NCBI RefSeq assembly: GCF_018350175.1
Contig: NC_058369.1
Location: 16,618,001 to 16,682,000 of the forward strand
Origin: Felis catus
Taxonomy: Eukaryota
DNA: 64,000 nucleotides
Reading direction: 5' to 3'
Within the stretch, counting starts at the first letter, position 1; each line of letters starts with the position of its first letter. Position numbers and translations under genes: made by a program. Under the pieces are notes generated by a model. It was not told the DNA's origin. It ran no database searches and worked only from the letters and a program-made list of their open reading frames with translations. Positions 63,702 through 64,000 of the stretch are shown one piece after another.

Positions 63702-64000
63702 TTAACATGGACTTTCAACAATGGAGCAGCAGGGTGCCAAGGCAGGGGCTGAGATGAAATACTGCCTAAAATCATTCTTAAACATATGCTTCTGTGAGAA
63801 TGTCTGGCTCACTTGACATGTCAGGCCTCCTAGCGTTTGTGCAATGATATAATATCACAGCCATCGGGAAAGAGCCTCCCTCTCCCTTGGAATGCATTTT
63901 TCACAGCTTTTGCATCTAGTTCCTTACAAATCCATGAAGAAGGAGGAATCCAATGGCAATTTAGAGTTGAGCTCCTTGTTGCAATGAGGGCTACTTTTTC

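Noticed and set aside
62700..64000. Possible KIF9 terminal exons expected from human synteny
   Set aside because: No kinesin/KIF9-like peptide with splice sites recognised; probably beyond the window.

Overview
Mammalian (felid, judged from abundant SINEC_Fc-type SINEs and an L1_Fc-like 3' end) genomic DNA holding the 5' part of SETD2 (histone H3K36 trimethyltransferase) on the minus strand: coding exon 1 (36410-36480) inside a CpG island, the 16-nt coding exon 2 (6379-6394), and most of the giant exon 3 (1-4275, running off the left edge). Intron 1 is about 30 kb. The 27 kb upstream of the promoter is almost all interspersed repeat (CAN-SINEs, old and young L1, MaLR/ERVL LTRs, hAT MITEs, an ERV-L reverse transcriptase fossil), with a few strong plus-strand splice signals suggesting a divergent lncRNA. 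I see no evidence of a wholly new multi-gene system. The most interesting signals are a TSD-flanked, tailless retrocopy of the 5' half of tRNA-Cys(GCA) ending at the anticodon, a candidate recursive-splice/poison exon module with a self-masking hairpin in SETD2 intron 1, two tailless SINE insertions, and repeated reuse of single L1-endonuclease target sites. Repeat family names and homologies come from recalled consensus sequences, not searches; repeat boundaries are approximate.
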